DNA of 64,000 nt, taken from positions 97,092,001-97,156,000 of the forward strand of contig OX597818.1 in the NCBI GenBank assembly GCA_951406725.2, written 5' to 3'. This document shows positions 12,584 to 25,361 of the stretch, one piece after another. Position numbers and translations under genes: made by a program. Positions within the stretch are counted from its first letter, which is position 1; each line of letters opens with the position of its first letter. The stretch is from Octopus vulgaris. Taxonomy: Eukaryota. The notes beneath the pieces were generated by a model that worked only from the letters and a program-made list of their open reading frames with translations, searched no databases and had not been told where the DNA came from.

Positions 12584-15500
12584 GTTCTAAAATTTTTCAT
12601 CTAAATTGGTTAGACATATGCACCAATTTGAAACTGAAGAGAGAAATAAGCCTACTGTCAAGATAATATTTTCTGTATTGTAAACACAATGAAGTATTGG
12701 CTACCATTTCTAGTGAAATTTTTTTTTTTTTAGTAAGAGAAATTTGTAGTTTCTTTAAAGGTGTTACAATGGCTTAATCAAATTGACCTAAAGGCTTGAA
12801 TGATTAATGTATTTGTAGTGAAAGACCAGAGCTAGTCCCTCTAGTATGGTATCTTAGTGTTCTAAATTCCAATTTGTCATTATTCAACTTTGTTCAAGTT
12901 TCAACATCTCTTTAGTCAGTGAAATAAATACCAGTATGATAATGAGATAAATTTAATTAAGTCTTATTCCTCTAGCATAAGTAGTCTTGTACTCAAAATA
13001 GAAATGGTTTCATGCATTTAGAAATTTTTCACAAGTTACTGAGAACTTCACTAAATGTACATATCCATTTAAAGGTTAATTGTTTAACATCTGTGGTATG
13101 GATTTGGGCATATAATTAGAATAAGCTCTTACAGCTAGAGGCTGCATCCCTCCTGCACCAAACTCTATATGAACCTCCAAATCGTTTACTGAAATAAGAA
13201 CAAAATTACAAAATACTGTTGATGATTTCTTAATTGGGTCCAAACATACAAATATATAAAGTACATGTATAGTCAGTAAAATATCCAAGTACACAACTGG
13301 TACTAAATCTTTTCACTTCCCCTGAATCTAATAAACTGTTTCAATCAGTTTGTTTTGAAAATAATTTATAAGGGTTCAAGCTGGTATTTAATCTTGTCAT
13401 AAAGTATTCTTATGCAAAAAATTATGATGGAACTAGAGGGTGAAATGGGGGCATCTTGAGCAGGTTGGTATCGAACAGTTAAGACATTTTCTTGATTATT
13501 CTTATTACATTTTCGTGGAAAATACAGCTTTTGTTTCAATTAATTTTGAAAATGAGAAATTTAGTAAAATAGCTTTGTCATTAGGTGTTGAACATAAATT
13601 AGCATGAAATTTTGGGTTTTTATGATAGAAACTTCCCGTGTGGTTGACAAGTTTGCTTCCTAATCATGTGGTATTGGTTGAGTCTTACTGTGCAGCACTT
13701 TGGGCAAGTGTTTTCGATCATAGTCTTGGGTTGACCAAACCCTTGAGTGGATTTTGGTGAATAGAAACTGAAATAAGCCTGTTTCTTGTACTTGTCTGTG
13801 CATGTGCGTATACCCTTCTCCTGACATCATGTGATTGTGAAACAGGCATCAGTCATACAAGTATTGTTGTTTTCCAGTCTTCTGTGGAAAAACATGATTG
13901 GCTATGAGAAATACTACCTTACTTGGAAATTGAAGGTTGACAACAGGAAGGGCATCTGGTCAGAGGAAACTTGTCTCAGTAAACTCCATCTGACCCATAG
14001 TAAAGTGAATGTTAAAAATGATGACTTTGATCTATTCTTATTCTAGTATATTTTCTATAATTCTCTGATTTTTCATAGATCACTTTTTATTATTGATGCC
14101 TGTGCCAGTCACTCATTAACCTTTATTTGAATCATCTAAGCTATCTTATTTTACTTTCTTTAAATAGGTGTCTTTTATCCTTTAATGGCAGATTTCCAAT
14201 GTGTTTTATTTTCAATATAACAAAAATCTTGAGTGATTTTGTAAAATAACTGTAATTTTATAAATTAATATACTGCTATTAACCAACTGAAATCTCATGT
14301 TGTAATGAGATTGTGATTTAAATATTACTTTATTAAAGGAAATCACAGGCAAATTGGTTTTGAGTTAACGGAAAAATCTCATTCCTTTTAGAAGAATATT
14401 GCTATTTTATGTTTTGATATCTTTTAAATTTTCGTACTAATCTAACCATTTAGAGAGCCAAACCTTTTACAAAGCATTGAAAAGAAACTCGTCTCTCATC
14501 CCCTGTGGTAAATCATTATTTAGTTGAACTTGGGGCATCAGGCTAAATACCTTGTGATTTCAGCTCTTTACAATTGAGCTCAAATCTCACTGAAGTCAAT
14601 TTTACCATTCATCTGGAACTAGGTCTAGTGTGGGCTTTGAGATATGAAATGGTAAGAGTGACAAAAGGAGAGATTAGTTGGTGGAGGGCATGTTGTAGCA
14701 GTGATAGACTAGTTAGATAAAGAAAACATCTGTAGACCAGAGGTTGCAGTGTGAGTGAGTCTTTGCTCATCAGATTGGATGTTCTTTATTATGCACTCTG
14801 GAAGCTTGTGTATTTAACAGCAGCCCCATCTTAGATGTAGGATCAGTATTACATTGTTGGTCGTACTTGAGCTTTGTGGACAATCAGTAGCAGCTGATCA
14901 GCCTGTTCTCACCAGTCAAATATCCCTGTAATTCTTTTGAAAATTGTTACTTTAGTACTGATGAAGGGCCACTCTCAGTTGGAGTGGTTCATATCTACAA
15001 ACAATGACCACCCCCACCTTTCCCTGTTGCTGTTATTGTTTTATTTGGTGAATGATGTTTGTACTGCAATCTTTCCTCTTATGTTATCATTTGAAAGGTA
15101 AAATTTTCTTCCTGCTGATAATTCTCACGGCCTTCCAAATAAGGTAATATTTTTCTATGACCAGGCATGCTTTCATGGAAAGTTAAGCAATTACAACTAT
15201 CATGTGATGGAGACACATGCACACACACACACACACAAAATTCTTTATAATTTTCACAATTTACTGTATCAAAGTTGAGATCTATCAATCAACTTCTTTG
15301 CATGTTAGGCAAACAAATCAAAAGCTTATTTATCTATGTTTTCCAATTAACTCTGCTGAGTTATCCTTATTTTTCATGTTTTTCTGAATTTTTCAAATGG
15401 TAAATATAATTTATGGACATCCTGTACATATATATAAAAGTGGATTCTTTCAGTTTACATCTGCCAAGTCCACTCAGACTTAGATTGACCTGGGGCTATA

Positions 15501-15751
15501 AATAGAAGATAGTTGCCTGAGGTGCCACATTGTGTGACTCAACTGGAAACCTTGTGGTTGGAAAATAAACTTCGTTACACAACCATTCCTGTTTTAGCAA
15601 ATATCAAATATATTGACTTGATTTGAAGTAATATAACAATCAGAAGAAAGCTGGTAATTAGAATTAGCAGCAGCAAACCCATAGTTGCTTGATATTGGCA
15701 GTCCTATAATCCTGTGAAGATTGTTCTAGCCAAATGAGTCACATATCTGGT

Positions 15752-15966
15752 TTAACCTTTTAGCATTCAGATTACTCTGTCAAATGCAATGCTTAATTAT
15801 TCACATTGACTTAATTGTGCATTATCTTGTAGCTTTGAGATTTTGGTGATTTTGGTGAGATTTTCTTGAATGTCTTTGTAGGATAGGTGTGAGAGGTTGG
15901 ATCTGACTGGTTGAATAAGTAGGATATTTCGGCTAGATGTGGCCAGTTTAAATGCGAAAGGGTTAA
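15752..15966. mobile_element. piggyBac-type TTAA MITE, family 1
   Basis: TTAAccttttagcatt...aatgcgaaagggTTAA; other copies at 16362, 62852, 63146 and a partial one at 41473. Confidence 0.8.
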
Positions 15967-16361
15967 TTCATCAATGTATTGGGTGGTCTGAAGTCTTGTC
16001 ACCCACTACAGAAAAGTAATAAGAACAATAGAGGAATCTGAAATAGGAGGAAATGGAAATGATATTTACATTTCATATTCCTCTATTGTTCTACTGTAGT
16101 GGGTGACAAGACTTTTGGACCACCATGTAGATTCCACAAAGAAGTCATTAAGTATATTTTTAAAATATATTTGTTATCTGAGAATTTACAAAATGGTTAT
16201 TAAAGAGAACTGTCTAGTTCAGACTTCAGATCATTTAGCAAAGCATTCAGAAAGAATGTTTAACCCTTACAGGCACAATACATAGAGAAGTCTTTAACCT
16301 CACCTAAACACTGTTTATAGCTGTTTTGTTTTTCTTTTTTCACCAAGACACTAATATTGTT

Positions 16362-16587
16362 TTAACCTTTTAGCATTCATATTACTCTGTCAAATGTAAT
16401 GCTTATCCATTCACTTTGTTTTAGATTAATCATGCATTATCTTGTGGCTTTAAGACTTTCATCATGTGATTACATACTTTCTAGAATGACACAGGGTAGG
16501 TGTGAGAGACAGGATCTGGCTTGTTTGAACATAGAATAGATAAAATATTTATGCTGGATATTGCCGGCTTAAATGCTAAAGGGTTAA
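16362..16587. mobile_element. piggyBac-type TTAA MITE, family 1
   Basis: TTAAccttttagcatt...aatgctaaagggTTAA. Confidence 0.8.
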
Positions 16588-17639
16588 GGTAGTGTGAAAA
16601 TTGAGCTTTTGATCTCTTGGCTTCCTTTGAAAACAATGTTGATGCCCTCAGAACCAGCAAAACTTTCAAGTATATCTAGTACAAAAACCTCCTAAGTTGG
16701 ATGTTAATGAGATCCAACTATCTCTTGCAGCATGCACTAATGGGTTTTTTTTCTCTAATTTAATTCTCTCATTTCTTGTCTGCTTTATTCCCTTTCTGTA
16801 CATCAGTGTCCTGCTTGTGCTTACCTATAATTATGCACATTTTTATGCGGATGATACTGCTAATCACTCCTTGAACTTTCTCCTGCATCTCATTTACATG
16901 TAACCTAAACATTTACTAAACATTATCAGCTCCATAAAATAAAGAGCTCTTTAATGGGTACATATCAACCTAGTGTTACTCAACATCACTGAAACAGTCA
17001 CTACACCTATCAAGAACACACTCTGATAATACTTATACCCTCTAATCACAAACAATAGACATCCTTCAAAACTTTCATATTCTCTACAAAAACAAACCTT
17101 GAATCTTTCCTGCTGATTACATATGCTATATCAAAGACTGCAATCGAAATATTAGCTTTCCTCTTTGAGGCTAGAGAATAATTCACTTTGTGAACCTAGG
17201 ATTAAGTTATTGGTTGCATAACTATAACAATGAAACACAACTCTAAAAAGAAAAAAAAGTCCCAAATCTTTATTCACCGGTATGCTGTGTCCCTTTGTCT
17301 TTTCTACTGTACCCTATAATGGTTTCTATTTCTAAACTAACAAGCTGTGTACTGTTGTTGCTCAAACCCACCTGGTGTGTGCACCACTCTTTTTAACATT
17401 CTTACTGTTTCACAAAGCAGATATTTCACTTACCAGAACTCAAAAACTCTCTCTGGAACATTTTCACTATCCATGCTTTCCTCAAACCTTGACCTGCAGT
17501 CATGCTTATGATTACATATTTCAAGAGTTGGTATTTCCTTGTTTTAAACATGTTTGCTTTTAAAAAATCTTGAAATAGGTTTAGTAGTCAAATATTTCAA
17601 CTATTCGGTGGAATATTTACTATTTGTTTTATTTTCCAG

Positions 17640-17671
17640 ATTTTAGATGAATTAAAAAGTAACAATCTTAT
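17640..17671 (+). CDS. Candidate upstream micro-exon (ILDELKSNNL), phase 0-2
   Basis: tttgtttttattttccag|ATT...AT|gtaagg; only one open frame. Confidence 0.55.
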
Positions 17672-17730
17672 GTAAGGTTGTAACATTTAACACTGGTTGT
17701 AGATTTTAATTTCATGTCCTTTGATATCAC

Positions 17731-17776
<46 letters not shown>

Positions 17777-17924
17777 GGCGTATGGCTGTGTGGTAAGAAG
17801 CTTGCTTCCCAACCATGTGGTTCAGGGTTCAGTCCCACTGTGATACCTTGGGCAAGAGTCTTCTACTGTAACCTTGGGCTGACTAGTCTTGTGAGTGGAC
17901 TTGGTAGATGGAAACTGAAAGCCC

Positions 17925-18011
<87 letters not shown>

Positions 18012-18323
18012 ATAAATAAAAGATGGAGATGGAAATAGCACAGAAAGTCAGACACTTACTTCAATTTAAGAGGGAATTTGATAAAAATGATTTGAAAAAT
18101 TATATAAGGAAATGCTACCGGTTTCCATGAATCTCATATTAGTAAAAATTTGGTAAAAACAAATTTATCTTCTGTCTGGGAGTCAAGAACCCGTCAGACA
18201 TGTTCTTGACTCCCAGACAGAAGCAGTTTTATTAAATTCCCTCTTAAATTGAAATGTCTTAGACTGACTTCTGTGCTACTTCCACCTCCATCTGATTTGT
18301 ATAGATCTCTACTCTTATTTTTC

Positions 18324-18367
<44 letters not shown>

Positions 18368-18565
18368 CTGTGTTTGTTCTCAACCACCTCTTGACAAGCA
18401 GTGTTAGTGTGCTTATGTCCCTGTAACACTTAGCAGTTCAGCCAAATAAACTGATGGAATAAGTACTAAACTTATAAAAAGAAAGTCCTGTATCAATTTG
18501 TTTGACTGAAACCCTTCGAGGCAGTGCCCCAACATGGCTGCAGTCAAATGACTGATATAAGATAC
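17777..18565 (+). mobile_element. SINE family A split at its internal microsatellite by a palindromic insert
   Basis: Head 17777-17925, (TG)n/(TA)n, insert about 18011-18327, (TA)n, tail 18360-18565. Confidence 0.8.
17927..18010. repeat. (TG)n(TA)n microsatellite
   Basis: Direct reading; similar simple repeats at 4573, 18328, 32784, 42055, 56781, 60468 and 61552. Confidence 0.95.
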
Positions 18566-19578
18566 AACACATGCACGTGACAAGCTTCTTTCAGTTTCCG
18601 TCTACCAAATCCATTCACAAGGCTTTGGTCAGTCTGAGGTTATAGTAGACCCATGTCCAAGGTGCCATGTAGCAAGATTGAACCCAGAACCATGTGGTTG
18701 GGAAGCAAGCTTCCTACCACACAGCCACATCTGTGCATATATATATTCTTACATTTCAGATCTGGAGTTTGATCAGCTTTCAAATTATAAACCACTTTTA
18801 TTTTGCATTGACTGTAAAATGTACAGTGATTAAACACTCAGTATGTCAGCTTTATTTTGGTCATTTCTAACAGATGCTACCAGCCTTGATTATATAATGT
18901 GATAACTCCCTGTAGTTGATATAGTGGCAATATAGCATCAGTTAAGATGAGATATAGACAAAAGTCCAAAATCTCTCAACCTTAGTGTAAACTGATAACA
19001 GAACCTGTTTATGAAATAGTTTCTAAATATGTTTGTTAATCCAGTTTTATATTATATAGCCTTGTCCTACCAAGGGTTTCACTTGTCTAGATTTAATCTT
19101 ACATATTTACATCATTGATAATATTTCTAAATTTCTGAAAGAAATTATAATCTATTTCATTATCTTGGTAGGAAATGTACTGTCTATATTTTTCTTTGAT
19201 TGAATTTAAGAGGATTTTTATAGAACTATTTTCACATCAGACTTCTCATAAATGCTGATGCATAGAAAGTGTCTATTAAAATATTAGCTCTTTCTTTGCA
19301 TCAGTCATAAGTTTTTTTCTGTGGTGCCATACATCCCACTTAAAAATGTATTTATGATATAACTGTTTTTTTTAACAAAGAAAATTTGATTTTTGTTGCC
19401 AACCTAGCCAGATATTCATGTTAATTTATCCATGTCATTGGCGAGGCTGTTTTTGTAATGAATTTTCATTTGTTGTGTAAGTTCTTATGTTGTCAGTACT
19501 CTGTATAGTTGTCATTAGTTTACTAATAGTTTTTTATACTGCCTACATATTGTTGAGATTGTTTTCGTTTGTTTCTAG

Positions 19579-19636
19579 ACAGGGCATTTTCTCTTTATCA
19601 ATACTTCATGATGAAAATGTAGATAATTTCACTTCA
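19579..19636 (+). CDS. Candidate upstream exon (QGIFSLSILHDENVDNFTS), phase 2-0
   Basis: ttcgtttgtttctag|A...TCA|gtgtgt; phase joins 17640-17671 to 21826; donor is weak. Confidence 0.5.
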
Positions 19637-21825
19637 GTGTGTTTACCAAGGAGTTGTGATGTTGTTGCTGTACATAGTATCCACATGTTTACTGAAACCA
19701 CACCCTTGAAGTATTTGAAATTAATGTACATTACTATGCAATTTATGTGTGGTATTTAATGTGTAAACCATTTTCTGTTGATGTGACCCAGATATACAGT
19801 TGTTATTTACAAGACAAATGTTTTCTTATTGAAAACACTAGCTTGTTACATTATACTAGAGACATACTCCCTACTGTAGAGTACTATAAGTATTTGAAAT
19901 TCGAAACTACTAGTTTTGTTTCTGGTTATGTAAACAAACTCTAAGGTGTAGGTGGCACTGAAAGCATTAATTTTGGAATTCATTGCATATTATAATCTTC
20001 CTTGATATATGTAAATTTTATATATTTTTATAAATGTAGTTTATAAAAAGATGTAAATATTTGAATTTATTTTAACCAGTGTTTTTTTTTATTAAAATTT
20101 TTTTAAAGAACTCAGTGTACACATTCTTTATGAATATGTTAGGGGTTGGGGAGCATCTTTATTACATATTAACATGAATATAGCACAAAACTTTGTGGAA
20201 ACTAAGTACTGTATTTTGAGCGGCAGGGGTGAAATTAATTTTGAGGAACCTTAAACCCTCATAAAATTAATTTCACCCCTTTTCATGGAGTTGTGTAAAC
20301 AAGTTTGGCCTTCTTTGGAAAAGTGTACATGCAAGGGCGTAGGCACATGTTTACATATCTAAAATTTTGTCAGGAATCCATTTCTAACTCCTAAATTGGC
20401 CCATCTTGAAGACATGAATAGTTATTTTGATAATCTAATTCCTGATTGAAACCATAATTTGGCAAATTGAACTGTGAAATATACCAGGATTTCACATTGG
20501 TGAAACTTAAGTTGTTCAGTAATTTAATCCCAAAGCATACTCTTCTGTGTAATAGGTGTATACTCTTGGCACTGATACTGGTGGCATGCAATAGCACCCA
20601 TTACACTCTTGGAGTGGTTGGTATTAGGAAGGGCATCCAGCTATAGAAACCATGCCAAATCAGTCTGGAGTCTGGTGCAGCCTGTCACCTTACCAGCCTT
20701 GGCCAAACTGTCCAACCCATGCCAGCACAGACAATGGACATTGAATGATGTAATAACAAAAACAGGCCCATACAGGAAGGTAGAAAATGACGATCTGTAT
20801 GTATCAATTTTTTTAATTAGTAATTTGGAAAGAATGTTGCAATGGGATGGTTGTTATTTGTAGCAATTTTGAAAAGAATACTCAAATTGTATCATTAAAT
20901 TGCAAATAGAATGTTGAAATGGAATGCTTATTGTAGTTCTTGCAGAAAAGGATTTCTGAAACAAACTTGGCTATTTTGTTTTCTAATGGTACTGATGATG
21001 ATGATGATTGCTCACTTAATATTGGTAAAATGCCTCAATTTTTTTATAATTCAAGAGCAAAACTTGAGTTGGTTTTTCATGAATAATAGTCATGTGTACA
21101 CAATATAAGAAATTGATCTACATCTTAATTATTAGACTAATATAATCATGGATTATTTGTCTAATTTTTTAAAATCAAAACTTGGTCAAAAAATTAATCA
21201 GCAGTGGAAGCACTTTGCAATTTACATTTGACAGATATTTGTCCTCATCTTGTTTGTTGTTAACACAACATTTCAGCATAGGTTTTAAGAATTTGATGTT
21301 GCTATTGAAATAGGCTGGTCATTAACCTTTTTATATTTGTTGAAATATTCTGCTTTGTTTCAGTTAATTTTGAAAATAATGAATTTAATAAAATAATTGC
21401 CTTTGTTAATCTGGTGTTTACAACCTAAATTAACATGAAATTTAATGATAGTTTTAATTTAGATCACTCTTGCCCCACATGGGTACTACACTGCATGCAC
21501 ACAATCCAGCTGCATAAGATTATGTAATATAATTGAAACATGTCTTAGGTTTGAGGGTCAGTATTTAAAATTTGTAATTGGGCTAAAAGTTTTTAATAAT
21601 CCATGACTTGAGGAGGGTAACATTAAAAAAAAAAAAAGAATGTTATCCAGTAAAATGTGACATCACTGTCTTAGTATTCAGTAGTTACATCAATTATCTG
21701 CTCAGCTTGATTCTATTGTGGTGCAATTTAATATTTTTAATTTTTGTTGATTCAAAAAAATGCTGTATTGAAAAAAGTCCAGACTTGTTTGTTTTAATTT
21801 TTTCCCCTGCTATTTTTAATTTTAG

Positions 21826-21876
21826 GGTACAACACTTACTGCAGTGGAAGTAATGGAACTGCTGCAAAAGTCTCGG
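21826..21876 (+). CDS. START gene exon (GTTLTAVEVMELLQKSR), phase 0-0
   Basis: ttttaattttag|GGT...CGG|gtaagt. Confidence 0.8.
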
Positions 21877-24800
21877 GTAAGTATCTTCTGTCTTTGTTTT
21901 TAAAATCATTCTTAAAATCAATTGTTCATTTCTTAAATAGCTTTAATTTTAAATTCTAAGTGTTAAATTTTGATATACCTTTGACATACTCCTTTTGCCA
22001 TGTCCTCAAGTTTAGAGGCTCTTTACAGTGTGTGTTGGATGCATTTTTTGTTTTTTAAACAACAGCCCTGGAGATGTAGCCATGTCCTTGCCATTAAAAA
22101 TACCTCACCAACCCTTTGTCTCTGCTTGCTTGTTTTCCTCTTTCCAGAGTGAGAAGCATGAATGATAGTGATGAGGGGGATGTGAGAGGTTATGAACATC
22201 ATTTAATCTTTCATACTGGTGTTGGTCAAACAGTTTGACAGGATCCAATGAACTGGAGGACTGCTAAATCCATTGTCTGCTTTGACATGGTTTCTTTAAT
22301 ACCATTTCTAATGCCATGGGTGCTTTTTCTTGATATTACCCTAGTGAGGATGCTAAGACAAAAAAAAAAGCTTCCTCAATTGAGGGTTGAAAGGAGGGGG
22401 AGAAAAAAGGAGGGCCCCAGAGTGGAAATGTCAGAAGAGGATCATGAGAATTTAAATGAGGTTTGAGATATGCATATCAAAATAGGGAGAAAGGGAAGTT
22501 AATGAGTCAAATGAGATACGTAAGGTAGGTTGAGATCTTATAGATGTTGTCTGAGTTTTCAAATGCCTTCTTCCATTTCCAAAACTTCTCCCTCAATCCC
22601 TCCATTGTCTTGCTCATCAGAACAAGGTCATCCACATACAATATCTCCATTAATCAGTCCCTCTTTTGCAGTCTCTATCACCACATCAACCACTATTGCA
22701 AACAACAATGGTGACAACACAGATCCTTGATGCACACCAACTTTCACTGCAAACTCATCTGACAAATCTGATCCAATTCTAACTTGTCTTTACCTCCTCA
22801 TACAAACTCATCACTGCCCTCACTATTCCCTCTAGTACACCTCTTTTCCTCAATGCCCACTCATTTGATAAAATTCTAATCTAGTTAAAAACCAAATGTA
22901 TTTTAGCAAAAAAATTTTGTGTGTACATTCTCAATAAGCTTTCTTAAATTGAAGTCTTCAACTTCAATTACTGCTTCAATGCAGAACCAGAATCATTGAC
23001 ATGCTTGCACTAAATAGTCGGTATTCATTTTGGACATCATGTGAACAATGGCAACCATCAATGAAGCTATGAAAAGTGTGAGGATGTCAATTAGTCTTCC
23101 TTTAAATGATGACCCAATGTAGAAGCCTATGGGATTTTAAACTTGTGTGTTTGTGCAGGTACAATAAGCAACCAAAAATGCTCCAGTGTTGGGTACTGTC
23201 AGTGTGCACGCACAAGTGTAAATGATTTATGGAGAAAACTGGGTATAAGAGGCTTTGGATGTTGTGTGCAAGAGAGAAGACTGCTGGTTTAGTCATGTAA
23301 TACATATGTATGAGGACAGCTGTGTAAAGAAGTGTTGAGTTCTGTGAAGGGAACCTGTGGAAGGGGTAGACTCAGGAAGACATAGGACAAAGTGGTGAGA
23401 AAGGATTTTCAGAAACTGGACCTCAGGAAATGTGGCAATTCGCTGCATTTGAAAAGAGATGTCAAAGTAAAATCACTGCCTTCCATATATACAGGCTTGT
23501 CCTTTGTTGGTGCTGTATAAATACAACTGTGCTGGTGGCACATAAAAAGCACCCAGCACACTCAGTAGTATGGTTGGTGTTAGGAAGGACATCCAGCCAT
23601 AGAAAGCATGCAACAACAGACAATTGGAATCTGGACCGCCCCTCCCCTACTAGCTGGCCAATTCCATGACAAACCGTCCAACCCATGTTAGCATAGAAAA
23701 TGAATGTTAAATGATGAGTTTGAAGGCCACAAGTATGGTGTTGTATGATTGTCAAGATTGTCTGACATCCATTCTTGGGTTATGTAAACCCTGAGAAAGT
23801 GCTGAGTTTTATTGAAACAAGTATGGTCTTCCAATGCATACTTCATCCATCCAAGGCTTAACATTACCCAGCTCCTCAATGTGTCCTGTAGCATTAATTC
23901 TAAGACTCTATGGAGAGATGTGAGGTAGCATGACATTACCTTCAGTAAAACTCTTAAAACTAACAAAGTTACTGAAAGCTAAGTATGCATCACTCTGGGT
24001 ACATCTGAAGATTCTGCACATAACCATCTATCATTTCTTGTTAGACTTTTAGTCTTGATTGAAAATTTTCTCATCAGAGAACCAAAATATGCTATGTTTG
24101 TGAGGGTTTTTAATCTTAAGTAACTCCTTGGCACAGTTCAGTTTTCCTATTTTTGCAGACATGAATTGGCCCCTCCTCGCTATATATAACTTGTATCAAA
24201 TATCTTTGTGCACCACAGTTCTGATAGTTCACTCCGACATCTGAAGTTCTTTGGCAATGACCCTCATTGACTTTTTGGAATCATTGATAATGTTTTGAAT
24301 CTGTTGTGTCCAAATGTTTGGAATGTTTTCTTCTCTTTGATACAGTTGAAACATTCATGCCAGAGGCTTCCAATTCCATCTGCATGTAGTGTACAAAAGA
24401 TCTTGCAGCATTTAGGAAGTTGGCAATTTCTAAATTGCTGTGTTCTGCACATATAGTATCAATGACTGTGTATCTTTCCACTTCTTGTGTTAGCATTTTA
24501 TCTTCCACTGGGGATCTGAAAGAAACTTTCGAATTGAAGAGTAATTTACTAATAATGTTCTCAAATATCTATTGCACCCTTGTGTGTGTAATCTTAATAT
24601 ATAAAAGTTTGTGTGTGCGTGCATATGTTCCTTATGGATTTAAAAACTGAGTTGCTGACTTTGACATGTGGTATCAAAAGATTCAGTAATCTTTCAGTTA
24701 CCAATTAAACTCTTTCATTTACATATTTGCATTACAAAAATTAATCTTTTATAAATCACCTTTCATAAACGACATTTAATACCATAACGATGATGTCTCA

Positions 24801-25329
24801 TTTTCTATATTTGTCTGGCAGTGTGTGTTTGCATGTTTGTTGTGTATGTGTGAGAGAGGATATGTGTCTGTCAGTATACACACACCTAAAGACAGATACA
24901 CACAGGGACAGGTAGTCCTGGGGTGTGCGTGAATGTATGTCTGTGTGTGTCTTAGTATATGTATGTGACTGTACTGCCCAACAGTGAAACACGCTGAGAT
25001 TGAAAGTTCAGTTTAGTTGCGAGCTGGATGTTGAATGAACAAGAGTTCATTTTGAAGTACCACTGTTTGAATTTTCTTATTCATCATGGAGAGTTCCCGT
25101 TTAAACAGCATTAATGATTATCACTACTTATGTGCTGAAATATTCTGGTTTTCATAACCAACATGAAGATTTGGCTGATTTGACAGCACTTGCAAATATA
25201 TCTGAAAAAAAAAAGTTATTCTGGTTATTATAGCAAATTCAGAAACTTGGCAAAGTAGAAAACCTTAGTGACTTTTTCAGTATAATTACAGAAATGTTAT
25301 TCTAGTGCTTATAACCAGTTTGAAGACAA

Positions 25330-25361
<32 letters not shown>

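Noticed and set aside
21205-21280. acaacatttcagc as the 3' half of another minus-strand hammerhead
   Set aside because: Truncated by a MITE-like sequence before any CUGANGA; cannot be supported.
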